Shown piece by piece: positions 1 through 24,973 of a DNA stretch of 64,000 bases. Below the pieces are notes generated by a model. That model saw nothing but the letters and a program-made list of their open reading frames with translations. It was not told the DNA's origin and did not search any database. How positions within the stretch are numbered: position 1 is the first letter of the stretch; every line of letters begins with the position of its first letter. The DNA comes from the human T2T-CHM13v2.0 reference genome, Homo sapiens. The DNA lies in the NCBI RefSeq assembly GCF_009914755.1, contig NC_060938.1; one strand, given 5' to 3'. Position numbers and translations under genes: made by a program.

Positions 1-538
1 CACCTCAGCCTCCCAAGTAGCTGGGATTACAGGCGTGCACCACCACGTCCAGCTAATTTTTTTGGTATTTTTAGTGGAGACAGGGTTTCACCATGTTGGC
101 CAGGCTGTTCTTGAACTCCTGACCTCAGGTGATCCACCTGCCTCAGCCTCCCAAAGTGGCTGAGATTACAGGCGTGAGCCACCACGCCCGGCCAAGTCCT
201 ACTTCTAGGTGTGAAAAATGATTGCAAACTTTAACACCACTACAGTAAGCTTTTAAAAATTTGACCTACAATAACTTTGAAGACTGAAAGTTATTCTGTT
301 AATGTAATGTACTGAAAGTCCAACACTGCAGATTAGCTCAGCAATACCATTTTAGGAATATTCACTTAAGAACTAAAAGCATCAAAACACATATGCAACA
401 AACCATGAAGCATCATGCATCAAATCTTTCTACTAGTTAAATCTATCAAACAGAAGAGTATAACAAGAAAATCAATGCCTAATATTGAGATAACTGATCC
501 AAACATTCAAGAGAAAATTTTTCCGAATTTTAATCTTA

Positions 539-670
<132 letters not shown>

Positions 671-1929
671 TTAACTTTTCTTTATAGCTGCCTGAATTCA
701 TACCCTTTTTGCAAACAAAACAAAACAGGAAGCTATTTAAGACAAGTTGATGGTTTAATTTTTTTAAGGCATCAAGCTTAATTTTACTAAAAACCTATAA
801 TACAAATTGCCCTAGGATATTCTTTAGACAGTCTTAGAAAAAAGAAATTAAATTCTATGTTTAAAAAAGTTATCTCCTTACTCCATATAGCCTTCTTAAA
901 CTCAACTTCTAACAATAAATTTCATAAAGCAAAAGTATAAAATGTCATATGGTCCTTAGGTTTAGCTTTCTTTTAGTGAGGCACTGAATAGGCTTTAGAC
1001 CACTAATAAGAAAGAAATGTTGTTTTCCCACTCTGCTCTCAATAAATGAACGTAATTAATCTTTAATATGATATTCTTTACATTTTTTTAAATACAAAAG
1101 ACCAAAAATTGTCTTTAGGAGGATAAAATTACAACTTTTCTCAAAAGACAAAATAACTTGGGTTTTCATGATTAATACCTGCAAGATAAAAAGTACAGAG
1201 TATATTATCTGTATGACATTTAGAAAATGACATGCAAGACAGATGAACATAAATACTTGCTACATTATATATGACTACAGAGATTATCTTCTGTATGATT
1301 TAATCCACACTTTTTAAAACTTTTGGTTAAAAATGGTAGACTAAGCACAGATACTTAACTTAAACTCCCTAATATAATAGTGAAAGGACTTTACTATTTT
1401 CTAATCTGATTTTTTGATTGGGTAACACATACTCATGGTTGAATAAATTTTTTTACTTATATAAAAAAGGTCAGCTGGACACGGTGCCTCACGCCTGTAA
1501 TCCCAGCACTTCGAGAGGCCAAGGTGGGCGGATCACGAGCTCAGGAGATCGAGACCATCCCGGTTAACATGGTGAAACCCCGTCTCTACTGAAAATATGA
1601 AAAATTAGCCGGGTGTGGTGACAGGCGCCTGTAGTCTCACCTACTCGGGAGGCTAAGGCAAAAGAATGGGGTGAACCTGGGAGGCGGAGCTTGCAGTGAG
1701 CTGAGATGGCACCCCTGCACTCCAGCCTAGGCAACAGAACGAGACTCTGTCTCAAAAAATAAATAAATAAAAAACAAAAAATATAAAAAAGATAGTGAGA
1801 GATCCTGCATCCCTTCAGTTCCTGTCACTACACCAAAGAGGGAGCCATTGTGACTGGCTTCCTGAGTATCCGTCTCAAGATTCTTTATACATAGAAAAGC
1901 TAAAATATTTATCCCAATCTTCTCTTTTT

Positions 1930-2470
1930 TGTTGCGGGAAGTCAGGGACCCTGAACAGAGGGACCAGCTGGAGCTGTGGCAGAGGAATATAAATTGTGAA
2001 GATTTCATGGACATTTACCAGTTCCCAAACAATACTTTCACAATTTCTTACGCCTGTCTTACTTTAATCTCTTAATCCTGTCAATCTTTTGTCCTTTGCC
2101 TTGTGATCTTTGCTTTTGCCCTTTGCCTTGTGATCTTTGTTGGACCCTTATCAGGAGTTTCTGATTTTGCCCTTGTCCTGTTTCCTCAGAAGCATGTGAT
2201 CTTTGTTCTCCTTTTTGCCCTTTGAAGCATGTGATCTTTGTGACCTACTCCCTGTTCTTGCACCTCCCTCCCCTTTTGAAATCCTTAATAAAACTTGCTG
2301 GCTTTAAGGCTCAGGTGGGCATCATGGTCCTACCGATACGTGATGTCACCCCCAGCAGCCCAGCTGTAAAATTCCTCTTTGTACTCTTTCTCTTTATTTC
2401 TCAGCTGGCTGACACTTAAGGAAAATAGAAAGAACCTATGTTGAAATACTGGAGGTGGGTTTCCCTGATA
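1930..2470 (+). mobile_element. MER11 (HERV-K11/HML-8) solo LTR, internally deleted
   Basis: Starts TGTTGCGGGAAGTCAGGGACCC, has GTGATCTTTG tandem motifs and AATAAA at about 2287, ends TTCCCTGATA; TSD cttttt / catttt. Confidence 0.85.
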
Positions 2471-2649
2471 CATTTTTAGACATAGCACAAACTGTTCTGA
2501 ATATTGCTTTTTTCACCTAAAAGTACATTTTCTTCATTGCTGAATGGATGCACTACACTTACTTAACCATTCCCCTACTGATAGTAAAGAGGTTTGTAAA
2601 AAGACACAGACATAGGGACAAAAAGAATGGGAGAGAAAAATCAAAGATG

Positions 2650-3790
<1,141 letters not shown>

Positions 3791-3842
3791 AGATGTCAAA
3801 CAAAACAGAGAGGGAGAAGAGACAAATACAACCAAATTTTGA

Positions 3843-4181
<339 letters not shown>

Positions 4182-5179
4182 GTGATCAGACTTAAGAAGC
4201 TGAATCCTAAGCTGATGGTGAAAAAAGCAACAACTAAATTTGCAATGTAAAACTCATAAAAGGATAAACAAATGGCAGCACAAACACTTAAGGAAATAAG
4301 AGTTTAAGATGGGAATGAAAACAGGAGGACTGGCTGAGAGTCTGTTCAAGAAGCAGTTAGTTCCATATATGTTCTTTCCAGCTAATTCCTGTTCCATTTC
4401 CTAACAGAAGGCCAGAGGTTAATTTCTCTAGAAAGGGTATAAAGAAGATCTCTGGACAAGGGTAAATGTGGCACAGCTATATAATCAGGAGTAATATATG
4501 TAAAATACAGCAAATAAGTAAATGAATTATGGATCCTAAGACTCTCAGCCTATTATTTCCACTGGGCTCCCCAAATGCTGCAGCAGCCAGGTCTTCACCT
4601 TACAAGCAGGAGAAAAAAAGAATCTTTTCTGGGAAATGAGACTAGCTCAAGGGGAAAAGGGCTAAAGACAATGAGGATTCTACACAAAATGGCCAACACA
4701 GATCATTTCACAAGCCCAACCACCCAGGGAACTTCCAAACAGCATTTAAATACCCTACCATAAAATGTAAAACGTTGAACAGACAATCAAGGAGCACCAG
4801 ACACTAATATGAAAGATGGAGACAAAAGCAACATTTTTAAAAAAGTGCCTGTAGTCCCAGCTACTCAGCAGCCTGTGCCACAGAGCGAAACTCTGTCTCC
4901 AAAAGAAAAAAAGAAAAGGAGGGTGCGGTAGGGCTGATGTAGGTATGTCAAAAACTAACAAGTTACAGTAACATGAGTAACTCTAGACATCCAATATATG
5001 GCATGAGGAATACAGTTAACAATACTGTATTACATATTGGAAATTTGCTGAGAGTATATTTTTAAGTGCTCTTACCAGACACACAAAAAACAGAGTAACT
5101 ACGTGAGATGATGCATATGTTAATGTGCTTGACTGTTTCATTTCATTATGCATATGTATATAATAAAAACATATTATAG

Positions 5180-5356
<177 letters not shown>

Positions 5357-5689
5357 TAGCTAATTTTTGTATTTTTGTAGAGACGGGGTTTCGCCATGTT
5401 GCCCAGGCTGGTCTCGAACTCCTCACCTCAGGTTATCTGCCCGCCTATGGTCTCCCAAAGTGCTGGGATTACAGGCGTGAGCCACCGCACCTAGCCTATC
5501 CCTGTCTTTATAGAAACATTGTGAAAAGGAGAGAGTTCTGAATGTTGATGTCCCTGAGGTAGAGCAATTGCATGTACCCAAAATCTGTGTGTTTTCATTT
5601 GTGAGCATCTAGTCCAGTGCCCTCCCTTCACTTGCTCTGAGGGTGTAGGATGTTGTGATACCCATTAGCTAATTACCTTTGGGAAATGA

Positions 5690-6043
<354 letters not shown>

Positions 6044-6255
6044 TGACAGCAGGCAAGTGTCTGTGTGTTTGTTGAAATGACACATTTGATCCTTTTTATG
6101 GCTCAAAGAAAAGTTAATGAATACCTTTTGAGTTTGGTGCCATGACAGAGTCATTCCTCAAACCTGTCAGCACTTACGCGTTGTCCTCTGGTCACTGCAT
6201 GACTTCGCTGAAGTTCCTTACCCTCTCCGTTTCAGATTCTGAAAGTATTGTATCA

Positions 6256-7919
<1,664 letters not shown>

Positions 7920-9198
7920 TTAAAAAAAAAAAAAAAAAAAAAAAAAGAGGTAATGGTGGCCCTTTCCTCTCATTTATGCACTGCAGGGATGAAAAGGATG
8001 ACAATGTCTATGTGTCTGATAGATTGTGGAAAGCCTACCGCCATGTTAAGTGAAGAAAGGGAGTATGTCTGCTGAAGAGATTAACTTCTGGTCTCCTATC
8101 AGTATGTGTGGTGTGGTAGGGGGACTGCATGACCTTAACTTTTTGTTCTTGAGAGGCCTAGCATTATCAGAGTCCCCTTAGAGATTTTTTTTTTTTTTTT
8201 TTGGAGAAAGAGTCTTGCTCTGTCACCCAGGCTGGAGTGCAGTGGCACGATCTTGGCTTACTGAAACCTCTGCCTCCCAAGTTCAAGTGATTCTTGTGTC
8301 TCAGCCTCCCTAGTAGCTGGGATTACAGGCACCTGCCACCACACTCAGCTAATTTTTTTTGTATTTTTAGTAGAGATGGGTTTTCACCATGTTGGCCAGG
8401 TTGGTCTCAAACTCCTAACCCCCAGTGATCCACCTGTCTTGGTCTCCCAAAGTGCTAGGATTACATGGGTGAGCACCACTGTGCCCAGCCTAAATATATA
8501 TAATTTAAAAAAATTTAAAAAGAAACAACTTGGAGAAGACAGAGACTTGCCAAAAAAGAATACTAAAAAAATTTAATACATCAAAACTATTCTCAGAGAG
8601 CTAAAAGAAACTAAAGCAGAAACTTATTTATTTTTTTAAAAAGGGTATATTCCAAGAACCAAAAAAAAAAAGTCCTCTCTTTTTTTGCCAGGAACATTAT
8701 GTTGAAAAGAGAGTTCTTAAAATTAAAAACATGATAGGAAGTAATAAAATATTCAGTGGAAAGATTTGGTGGAAGATAAAGCTGAGGAAACTCCCAGGAT
8801 GTAGAGCAAAACGATAGACTTGAAAATAGAAAATACAACAAAATTGGAGGACTGGTCTAGGGGGTTCCATATCTTAAAAACAAGATTTCCAGAAGGAAAA
8901 GAAAAAAGAAAGCAGAGGTCAGGCAGTTTTTCAAGAACTATTTCCAGAAAATGTCTCAGAACTGAAAGTTTCTGAATTAAAACAGCCCACAAAGTATCCA
9001 ACATAATGGATTAAAACATCACCACCAACCCCAATTGTAAAATTTTGAAAAATTTGGAGAAAAAATTGGGAGGGGAGAAATATCTACAAGCTTGTAGAGA
9101 GGCAAAAACAAGTTTCATGTAAAATATCAACTATCAGCCAGGTGTGATGGCTCAAGCCTGTAATCCCAGCATTTTGGGAGGCTGAGGCGGGCAGATCA

Positions 9199-9474
<276 letters not shown>

Positions 9475-11116
9475 TTACTATAATGAAGCAATACCTTTAA
9501 AAGTCTGAGGAGGCGGGGCGTGGTGGCTCACGCCTGTAATCCCAACACTTTGGGAGGCTGAGGCGGGTGGAACACGAGGTCAGGAGTTTGAGACCAGGGT
9601 GGCAAGTAAGGTGAAACCCCATCTCTACTAAAAATACAAAAATTAGCCAGGCGTGGTGGTGGGTGCCTGTAATCCCAGCTACTCCAGAGGCTGAGGCATG
9701 AGAATCGCTTCAAACTGGAAGGCAGAGGTTACAGTGAGCCAAAGACTGCGCCACTGCACTCCAGCCTGGGCAATAAAAGTGAAATTCCGTCTCAAAAAAA
9801 AAAAAAAAAAAAGTCTGAGGAAAATATATTTTCATAGAATTCTATACTCAATTTTTTTTTTTAAGAGACGGGGTTTGGCATGTTGCACAGGCTAGTCTCG
9901 AACTCCAGAGGTCAAGAGGTCCACCCACCTCACCCTCCCAGAGTGCTGAGATTACAGGAATGGGCCACCATGCCCAGCCCACTCAAACTATAAGAGTAAA
10001 ATGTTTTATACATTGGAGACCTCAAAAACTCTGCTTTCTATACACCCTTTCTTGTGAAGCTTCTGGAACACACACTCTTTCAACCAAGAAAGAAGTATGA
10101 GATCCAGAAAAGAGTTTCCAAAACAGAGAAGGATAAAGATAACAATAAAAAGAAAAGTGTACGATGCTTAGAGAGAACCAATATAAAATTAAGTAAGTCA
10201 AAAAGCTCCAGGAGAGACTTCTGACCTCTGCAAGATGATACTGATTGAATTCCAATGTGTCTGAACACACTTGGAAGATATTATTTAGATAAATTAGTGA
10301 TAAGAACAAAAATAAAAAGCAAATGAAATGACAATTAATAACTCCAGGGAAGATTTTTAAAACTGAGCAAGGAAGGAAAAAGAAAACAGAATTCTATGTG
10401 GGTCAGCTATGACATATAAATTATATGACTACAATTTAAATATTTATAATGATGCCAATGCTATTAATCTTGACAAAATTATGCTGTAACTGTGTGTGTA
10501 TGTAATGGAACACAAGTGGAAAGAGGGAAATCCTCATCTTTCCCAGTGGGAAGTTAGTAAGAATATAAAACAGAAAAATTAAGAAGTAGCAATATAAACA
10601 TATTACTAAGATAAATAAAGGCAAATATCAAAAGAATCAACTAAAAGAGCTAAAAGTGGTTTCCTTCGGAGAGCAGGCAATAGGAGTAAAGGTGAGGAAC
10701 TGGAGAACTAGCTGAGTGCAGAAGCGTATGCCTGTAATCCAGCACTGAGGCTGAGGCAGGAGGATCTCTTGAGCCTAGAAGTTTGAGACCAGCCTGGGCA
10801 ACAAAGTGAGACCCTGCCTCTACAAAAAATTAAAAAATTAGCTGGGCACAGTGGCATGTGCCTGTAGTCTCAGCTACTTGGGAGGCTGAGGTGGGAGAAC
10901 TGTCAGAGCCCAGGAGGTCAATGCTACAGTGAGCCATGTTCATGCCACTGTATTCCACCCTGGGTGACAGAGAACCTGTCTCAAACAAACCAACAAAAAA
11001 TTGCAGAGCTACTGGTTTTGTAACAAGCTTTGTAGAACTGTTTGACTTTTCTAAACAATGTGCATGGATAATTTTAATAAAAACAAAAACTGTATTTGAA
11101 AGAGACAGAACACTTA

Positions 11117-11206
<90 letters not shown>

Positions 11207-11316
11207 CTATTTATAGAAAAGAGTTTTAAAAACAATTTGTTAAGAATGTATTTAAATAACACCAAAGTAAATAATGGGGCAAGAATTTTTTTAAATGTCA
11301 CAAAATGGCACAATCT

Positions 11317-11347
<31 letters not shown>

Positions 11348-11469
11348 AATACGCATACTTGAAAGTAATGAAGAAATGAAAATATTTTTGCCTGAAGTAT
11401 TAAAATAATCTAAACTAAAGAATTACTACATGAAAATATTTGCCCAAGACCTACAAAGTAATAAATACC

Positions 11470-13390
<1,921 letters not shown>

Positions 13391-13525
13391 AAAATACTGG
13401 AAATACATATATTTAAAGCAAAGTTAAGTTTGAAAGATACTTCTGAATTAGAAAACCTCATTTAAACAGAAGAAATAATTATGTCCATTAAATTACGCAG
13501 GCACAAACAACTAACATTCACTCTA

Positions 13526-13630
<105 letters not shown>

Positions 13631-13864
13631 TTAAGTATAATATTTATTCTTCAGTTTTCTACTTAGTTCTAACTTGACAAATTCTCAAATTATACAGAAC
13701 AAATCAGAACAAACTGTATAATTAACAAAACTAAATTTAAAAAAGTATTTTCACCCAAAAAAAGTATGCATGTACAAGTGAAATTTAAAATTTTTTAAAA
13801 TGTCCTTAATTCCTTAATTTATTGCAGATAACACTTGGCCTAAAATGTAAAGTTAAATGACTTA

Positions 13865-14161
<297 letters not shown>

Positions 14162-14302
14162 TCATTATTTATTTTAATCTAAATTAGTTTTTTCCCTTTC
14201 TTTGAGAATTTCAAAATATGAAGAAAAAATGTTTAATACAGTGAACAATTAAAATAACAAAATAAAGACAAGCATTAACTGCTTGACTAAGAGTCAAACT
14301 TA

Positions 14303-14679
<377 letters not shown>

Positions 14680-15601
14680 TTATTGGCAAAACAGATTTTT
14701 TAAAAATTAGATTTCTCCTACCTCATGACATCCCTCTCTTACTTCCCAACACTCACTATCCTGACCCCATCTATGCTGTTATCTAGCTAGCTGAAGTTCC
14801 CATAGTCTACCACCCTAGGCCTATCCCACTACAATGCGTTCCATGCCCCAAAATTACTTCTCCTGTCTTCCTAACTCCCACTCCTTATATAGAAAGGTAT
14901 TTTGATTACAGGTTACTGTGTATATAAGATATACCCCTAATACCCTTGGCATTATTCAAACAGGCAGAAATCAAGACATTTTTTCCTATGGCACAAAAGT
15001 AAAGTTTGGGAGAACGAATTCTTTATTTTTTTTTAAATAATAGAGACCGGGTCCCGCTATGTTGCCCAGGCTGCTCTCCAATGTCTGAGCTCAATCCTCC
15101 CACCTTGGCCTCCCAGAGTGCTGGGATTACAGGCCTGAGCCACTGCACCTGGCAGGGAATGAATTCCCAAAGAGCATAAATTACCAAATGACTTTGTATT
15201 TTTTGCTACTTTTGATTTTCTCACAACTATTTCCAGTATTTTACAGAAACTTTTTCCCCTAAATTAATAAGACAAAGGCTCATGGTAGTTATTTGGCATT
15301 TTATCATATATACTTTACATTTCAAGGTTATCAATTGGGGGACAAAATTTCTAACACTAGTAATATCATCAATTAATGAGTATTTAAATGCTAGATGAAA
15401 TATTTTTTAAAATTTAGATAAGAATGATGACTATTAAAACCCACAAAATAATTACCAAAATAAATCACTAGTATTTTGACACCCATGAAACCATGGGGTT
15501 CAGTTTACTAGCCAAAGTGCTGCCACCATGTGGTAATTACATGATGTATATAATTCATCTGACTGGCCTACCTGCTTTGAAATTGTGCTATGATTAACTA
15601 A

Positions 15602-15853
<252 letters not shown>

Positions 15854-16524
15854 TGAACTCCTGACCTCAAGTGATCTGCCCGCCTCGGCCTCCCAAAGTG
15901 CTGGGATTTACAGGCGTGCGCCACCGCGCCCAGCCTCAAATAATTTGAAATTTTTGCACACATATTTTAAGACTGTTTTTGAAAAAATCAAATTCCCTTC
16001 AAATCAAGAGTGACTATTAACAATTTATGAAACTGTTCTGCAGCAAATGCTCTAAAAACATGGTCAAATGTGCTGGGAAAATACTGTATATCACTTCTTT
16101 TGGAGTCATGATACACAGAAAACATATTAAGACTTGGCTTTAAAGTCCATTTAAAAAAGAAACAGTTTAATGATAAACAATATCCCCTCCTCTGGCCTAT
16201 TTAAAATCTCCCTAAAACAGTATCTCCTTAACAGCAATGTTTGAGAAGCTTTGGGTTGTTCTGAGCAAACCACATTAAGGTGTAAATAACAGGCCTCACG
16301 TTCCCACCGTATTTTCCTTTTTTTACAGAATATCTGAAATACTCATGAAACAAATGAGGACATACTTTTCAACAATAAAATCCCCCATGGACCTTCTTCA
16401 TAAACCTTTATCATAAATAAAGAGGCAGGTCAGAGAGTTCCCATACTACTTCTTACACTCTTTCTGAAAGGCTACCCTTTCCTATATCATCTACCCATCA
16501 AGCCGCTAAAGACTAGCTGGTTTA

Positions 16525-16656
<132 letters not shown>

Positions 16657-17269
16657 CTACTTCAACTTGCATACACAGAATTTTATTTTTTTTTCTTTTT
16701 TTTTGAGACAGAGTCTCACTCTGTTGCCCAGGCGGGACTGCAGTGGCGCGATCTAGGCTCACTGCAACTTCCACCTCCTAGGTTCAAGTGATTCTCCTGC
16801 CTCAGCCTCTCAAACAGCTGGGACTACAGGTGCACCCCACCACACACCGCTAATTTTTGTAGTTTTTCAGAGACAGGGTTTCACTGTGTTGGCCAGACTG
16901 GTCTTGAACTCCTGACCTCAACTGATCTGCCTGCCTTGGCCTCCCAAAATGCTGAGATTATAGGCATGAGCCAGCAAGCCCAGCTGCATACACAGAATTT
17001 TAGATTCCATTGTGTTTCATAACACCACTCAAAGAACTTGAACAGATTTCCGGTAAATGTATTATATGGCTAAACAGTATCAAGAATCAAATGAAGTTCA
17101 AACCTCTGGTCCTTCATCCTGAAATAAAGTGGCAACAATTATTTCCAACAGCTGTATCTGTGACGACACTGATCTTTAATGCCCAGATTCACAGTGAATG
17201 TAAAGCAAGTATAGTTTCAGTTTCTCAATAGAAGCAAGTTGATATCAACAGCTCATATCATGCTAACTA

Positions 17270-17443
<174 letters not shown>

Positions 17444-17455
17444 CTATATGCTTAC

Positions 17456-17526
17456 GTCAGTATGTCTTCAACTGGTTTATCTGCTTCCAAGCATGGTTTT
17501 ATTTCTCTTTTCTGAATGATATATCC
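17456..17526 (-). CDS. NEMF: NEMF exon 9 ([24 protein letters not shown])
   Basis: ttgtag|GGA ... AC|gtaagc; 71 nt. Confidence 0.97.
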
Positions 17527-17568
17527 CTACAAAAATGCAACATTAAAATCATTCCTATTCATAATTAA

Positions 17569-17861
<293 letters not shown>

Positions 17862-18218
17862 TGAGCCACTGCACCTAAAAATTTAGTTTCTGTGACTGAT
17901 ATTAATTTGCACCTAATCCAAAGGTTTACTTTCTATGACTGATATTAATTTTAATTTTCTATAAATAGTTATGCTTTGAAAAGGGAAGAAAAACACTCAT
18001 AAGCTACTGGGTAATTCAAAAAATATTTAATGGTTGGGAGCTGTAAATCACAACATTTTTGAAAAGGGCTGACAAATGAAAATGTGCTTCTCTATCTGAA
18101 ACTAAAGAAATAACTGTAAATTCCTCAACTTTTCTGAAGAGCCGATACTAACCTGACATTGTACTTTCTATAAAAGATAGGGAACAGAAAAAAACTTATA
18201 AACCAACAAAAACTTTTA

Positions 18219-18431
<213 letters not shown>

Positions 18432-18574
18432 TCAACCAGGGAAGCAGAGGTTGCAATGAGCCAAGATCATGCCACTGCACTCCAGCCTGGGTAACAGAGC
18501 AAGACTGTCTCAAAAAACAAAACAAAAAAACTATCCTGGAATAAGCATATTACAGATAACAATTTTCCAAATTA

Positions 18575-18793
<219 letters not shown>

Positions 18794-19610
18794 TTAACCG
18801 TGGCTAAACAACTATGTAGAAAAACAGGAAAGTGCTTACGAAATAATGTTGCGTTCAAGAAAATTAGAGATAGTGATTTCATGTTTATAACCAGTATATG
18901 TGGATATATGGTTTCATTTTGAACAGCCTGTTGTCCAAGTAGCTTTTATTGAATCATCCACCTTTCCCTCCATGACCTGAAAGGAACTTTGTTCATAAAC
19001 TAAATTCCCATATTATTTCAAATTATTTTTGGAATCTTTATGCTATTCCTTCTCCAAAAACTTACAGTTTTAATTACTATAGCTTCATATTTTAATCTGT
19101 GAAGGGTTACACAGACAGTAATAAATCATTACTAGTATTTTCCAGAGTTATCCTGAACATTTTCACATGCTTTTGCTCCATATAAACATCAGAGTCATTT
19201 TATAAAAACAAACAAAAACAAAACACCACCACCAGCACCTGTTGTCATTTTATGAGTGCACTGATTTAGTATATTGCAGAAACTAAAACATTCACTAAAA
19301 TCTCATTCAATTTTTTTTTTTGAGAGTGGTGATACTTGTTTTTGTGGGGTTTTTTGAGATGGGGGTCTCACTCTGTTGCTCAGGCTGGAGTGCAGCTGTG
19401 CAGTCACCACCCACTGCAGCCTCAAACACCCAGGCTTAAGTGATCCTCCCACCTTAGCCTCCCAAAGTGCTGGGATTGCAGGCATGAGCCAGTGTGCCTG
19501 GTCAAATGTTTTTCATTCTAGAACCACCTGCTCCCTTATTACTTTCCCAGAAAAAATTTTCATAGTTTAAAAAAAATGAAATAAATGAAAAATGTACCAT
19601 GCAGACATAC

Positions 19611-19697
19611 CTTTAGTTTCAAGTTTTTCATCCACTTTGACATTACCCGAGAATCCATTTTCTAAAAGACAGTGTTCAATGAGAGCTGGTCCATAGG
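19611..19697 (-). CDS. NEMF: NEMF exon 7 ([29 protein letters not shown])
   Basis: ttatag|CC ... G|gtatgt; 87 nt. Confidence 0.97.
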
Positions 19698-20559
19698 CTA
19701 TAAATGCAGAGGATATTACTTTTAGTATTTTCCTATAAATTCTTTTTTGTTTTTGTTTTTTGAGATGGAGTTTTACCCGTCGCCCAGGCCGGAGTGCAAT
19801 GGTGCAATCTTGGCTCACTGCAACCTCTGCCTCCCACCTCCTGCCTCAGCCTCCTGAGTAGCTGGGATCACAAGCACCCACCACCATGCCCAGCTAATTT
19901 TTGTATTTTTAGTAGGGACAAGGTTTCACCATGTTGTCCAGGCTGGTCTCGAACTCCTAACCTCAGGTGATCCACTCACCTCAACCTCCAAAAGTGCTCA
20001 GATTACAGGTGTGGGCCACCATGACCTAGCCTAAAATTTAACATTCAAAATATAGCACAAATTTATTTCCCAATATCAATGATCTACTCAATAACAGTGG
20101 CTGGTGAAAACAATAAGTTTACTTATTTTGAAGTGTTACTTAGAAATGACAATTCTAGTTCTTAGACTGGGTGCGGTGGCTCATGCCTATAATCCCGGCA
20201 CTTTGGGAGGCCAAGGCAGGCAGATCACCTGAGGTCGGGAGTTGGAGACCAGCCTGACCAACATGGAGAAACCCCATCTCTACTAAGAATACAATAAATT
20301 AGCCAGGCGTGGTGGCACATGCCTGTAATCCCAGCTACTCAGGAGGCTGAGGCAGGAGAATCACTTGAACCCGGGAGGCGGAGGCTGTGGCGAGCCAAGA
20401 TCGTGCCATTGCACTGCAGCCTGGGCAACAAGAGTGAAACTCCGTCCCCCGCCCCACCCCGCAACCAAAAAAAAAAAAAAAAAATGACAATTCTAGTCCT
20501 TAAAGAAATTTGAAACTACAATTAACTTACAAAAGTCAGTGCAAGTTATAGGAATTTAA

Positions 20560-21960
<1,401 letters not shown>

Positions 21961-21970
21961 AGAGGACATG

Positions 21971-22579
<609 letters not shown>

Positions 22580-23369
22580 CTACCTGATTTCAAACATTAC
22601 AGAAATTTGCCAGGGGAAGGCCAAGTGTGGTGGCTCACGTCTATAATCCCAGCAATTTGGGTGGCCAAGGTGGTTGGATTGCTTGAGCTCGGAGTTTGAG
22701 ACCAGCCTGGGCAACATAATGAGACCCTACCTCTAAAACAAACAAAAAAAATAAATTAAAAAAGAAAAGAAATTTGCATTTGCCAGGGAGACACTGGCTT
22801 AAACATACAAATTTTACACATGCTATACTAACAGCTGGAAAGTTCTAAAGATAACTTTTGAATGCTTTCTAATTCCATAAGAGAGGAAGAGTTAACTCTC
22901 TAGTGCTCAGTAATCAATGGTACCTGCCTCCCCGTCTTCTCTAGATTCCTTAATATAGGGCTAAGTGATGATCTTCTCAAGTATAAAAGTGTATTGGGAT
23001 CAAAAATGCTTATTGGGATCAAAAGGACCTGTCAGATGCTGGGATGCCCTGAGACCCACCAATTAAAAAAAAAAAAAAAAACCAAAAAAAAACTAAGCTA
23101 AGTGGTTATTAAATCAAAGACTCACAATGAAAAAATCTGATTTCTTAGAATACTACCATTAGCACTGAAGTACTAGATAACACAATCTGCATTGCTTTTA
23201 AATAAAATCTAATAGATAAAGCTCAAACTTCATGTGGTTTAACTTCTCTTTCTTTGACAATAAACTCCTACTTACTCCAAGGATCACTTGTTCAAATTTT
23301 CTAATAAAACCATAAAAGATTTCAATATATTCCTGAAAACCACACTGCCTTGCAAACATTTCACTGCTA

Positions 23370-23516
<147 letters not shown>

Positions 23517-23819
23517 TTAATACTACTTTCATCTGTATCAGTTCACCTGATCTTTACAATAATCTGAAACGTAACAGGAATTCATTCTTCTGTTGTGAGA
23601 AAATGGATCATAAAAGATATTTACCCAAGATTAACAGGTTCTTGAATGGCAGTTTTCTAAGATAAACCAGTATTTTTTCGACTAAGGCATATTGTCAGCA
23701 ATGTGCCCACATATAAATGACATAAAAATGACATTTTTCTGTAAAAGTTAAATGTTTGTAAATTTTCATGCCATATCTTAATATCCAAAATGGTTTACCT
23801 AATTAAGCATCGAACAACT

Positions 23820-24131
23820 TTTTTTTTGTTTGGTTTTTTTTTTTTTTTTTGAGACGGCATCTTGCTCTGTCGCCCAGGCTGCAGTACAGTGGCACGATCT
23901 CGGCTCGCTACAAGCTCCGCCTCCTGGGTTCACGCCATTCTCCTGCCTCAGCCTCCCGAGTAGCTAGGACTACAGGCGCCCGCCACCACGCCCGGCTAAT
24001 ATTTTGTATTTTTAGTAGAGACGGGGTTTCACCGTGTTAGCCAGGATGGTCTCAATCTCCTGACCTTGTGATCCGCCCACCTTGGCCTCCCAAAGCGGTG
24101 GGATTACAGGCGTGAGACACCGTGCCCAGCC
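23820..24131 (-). mobile_element. AluY
   Basis: Y-diagnostic positions; TSD-like agcatcgaacaactttt / agcatctaacaactttt. Confidence 0.88.
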
Positions 24132-24150
24132 AGCATCTAACAACTTTTAA

Positions 24151-24726
<576 letters not shown>

Positions 24727-24973
24727 CTATAGAATATGAGTCAGCAGGGCCTTCCAGCTAGCTGGAATACAGCTGAAATACAAAAATACAGCTACAATCA
24801 TTACTTTACCTCACCTTACTTCCCTTTTTCTTACGTAAACCAGAATTTCTCTCCCTTTGCCCTCTGCACAAGATATCCATCTGTCTTCTCACAGAGTAGC
24901 TAATAAGTCTCCTCAATTTACCAAGAAATCATAACCATTTGAAGTAACCCAAAACTTAGCTAAAAAACACATT

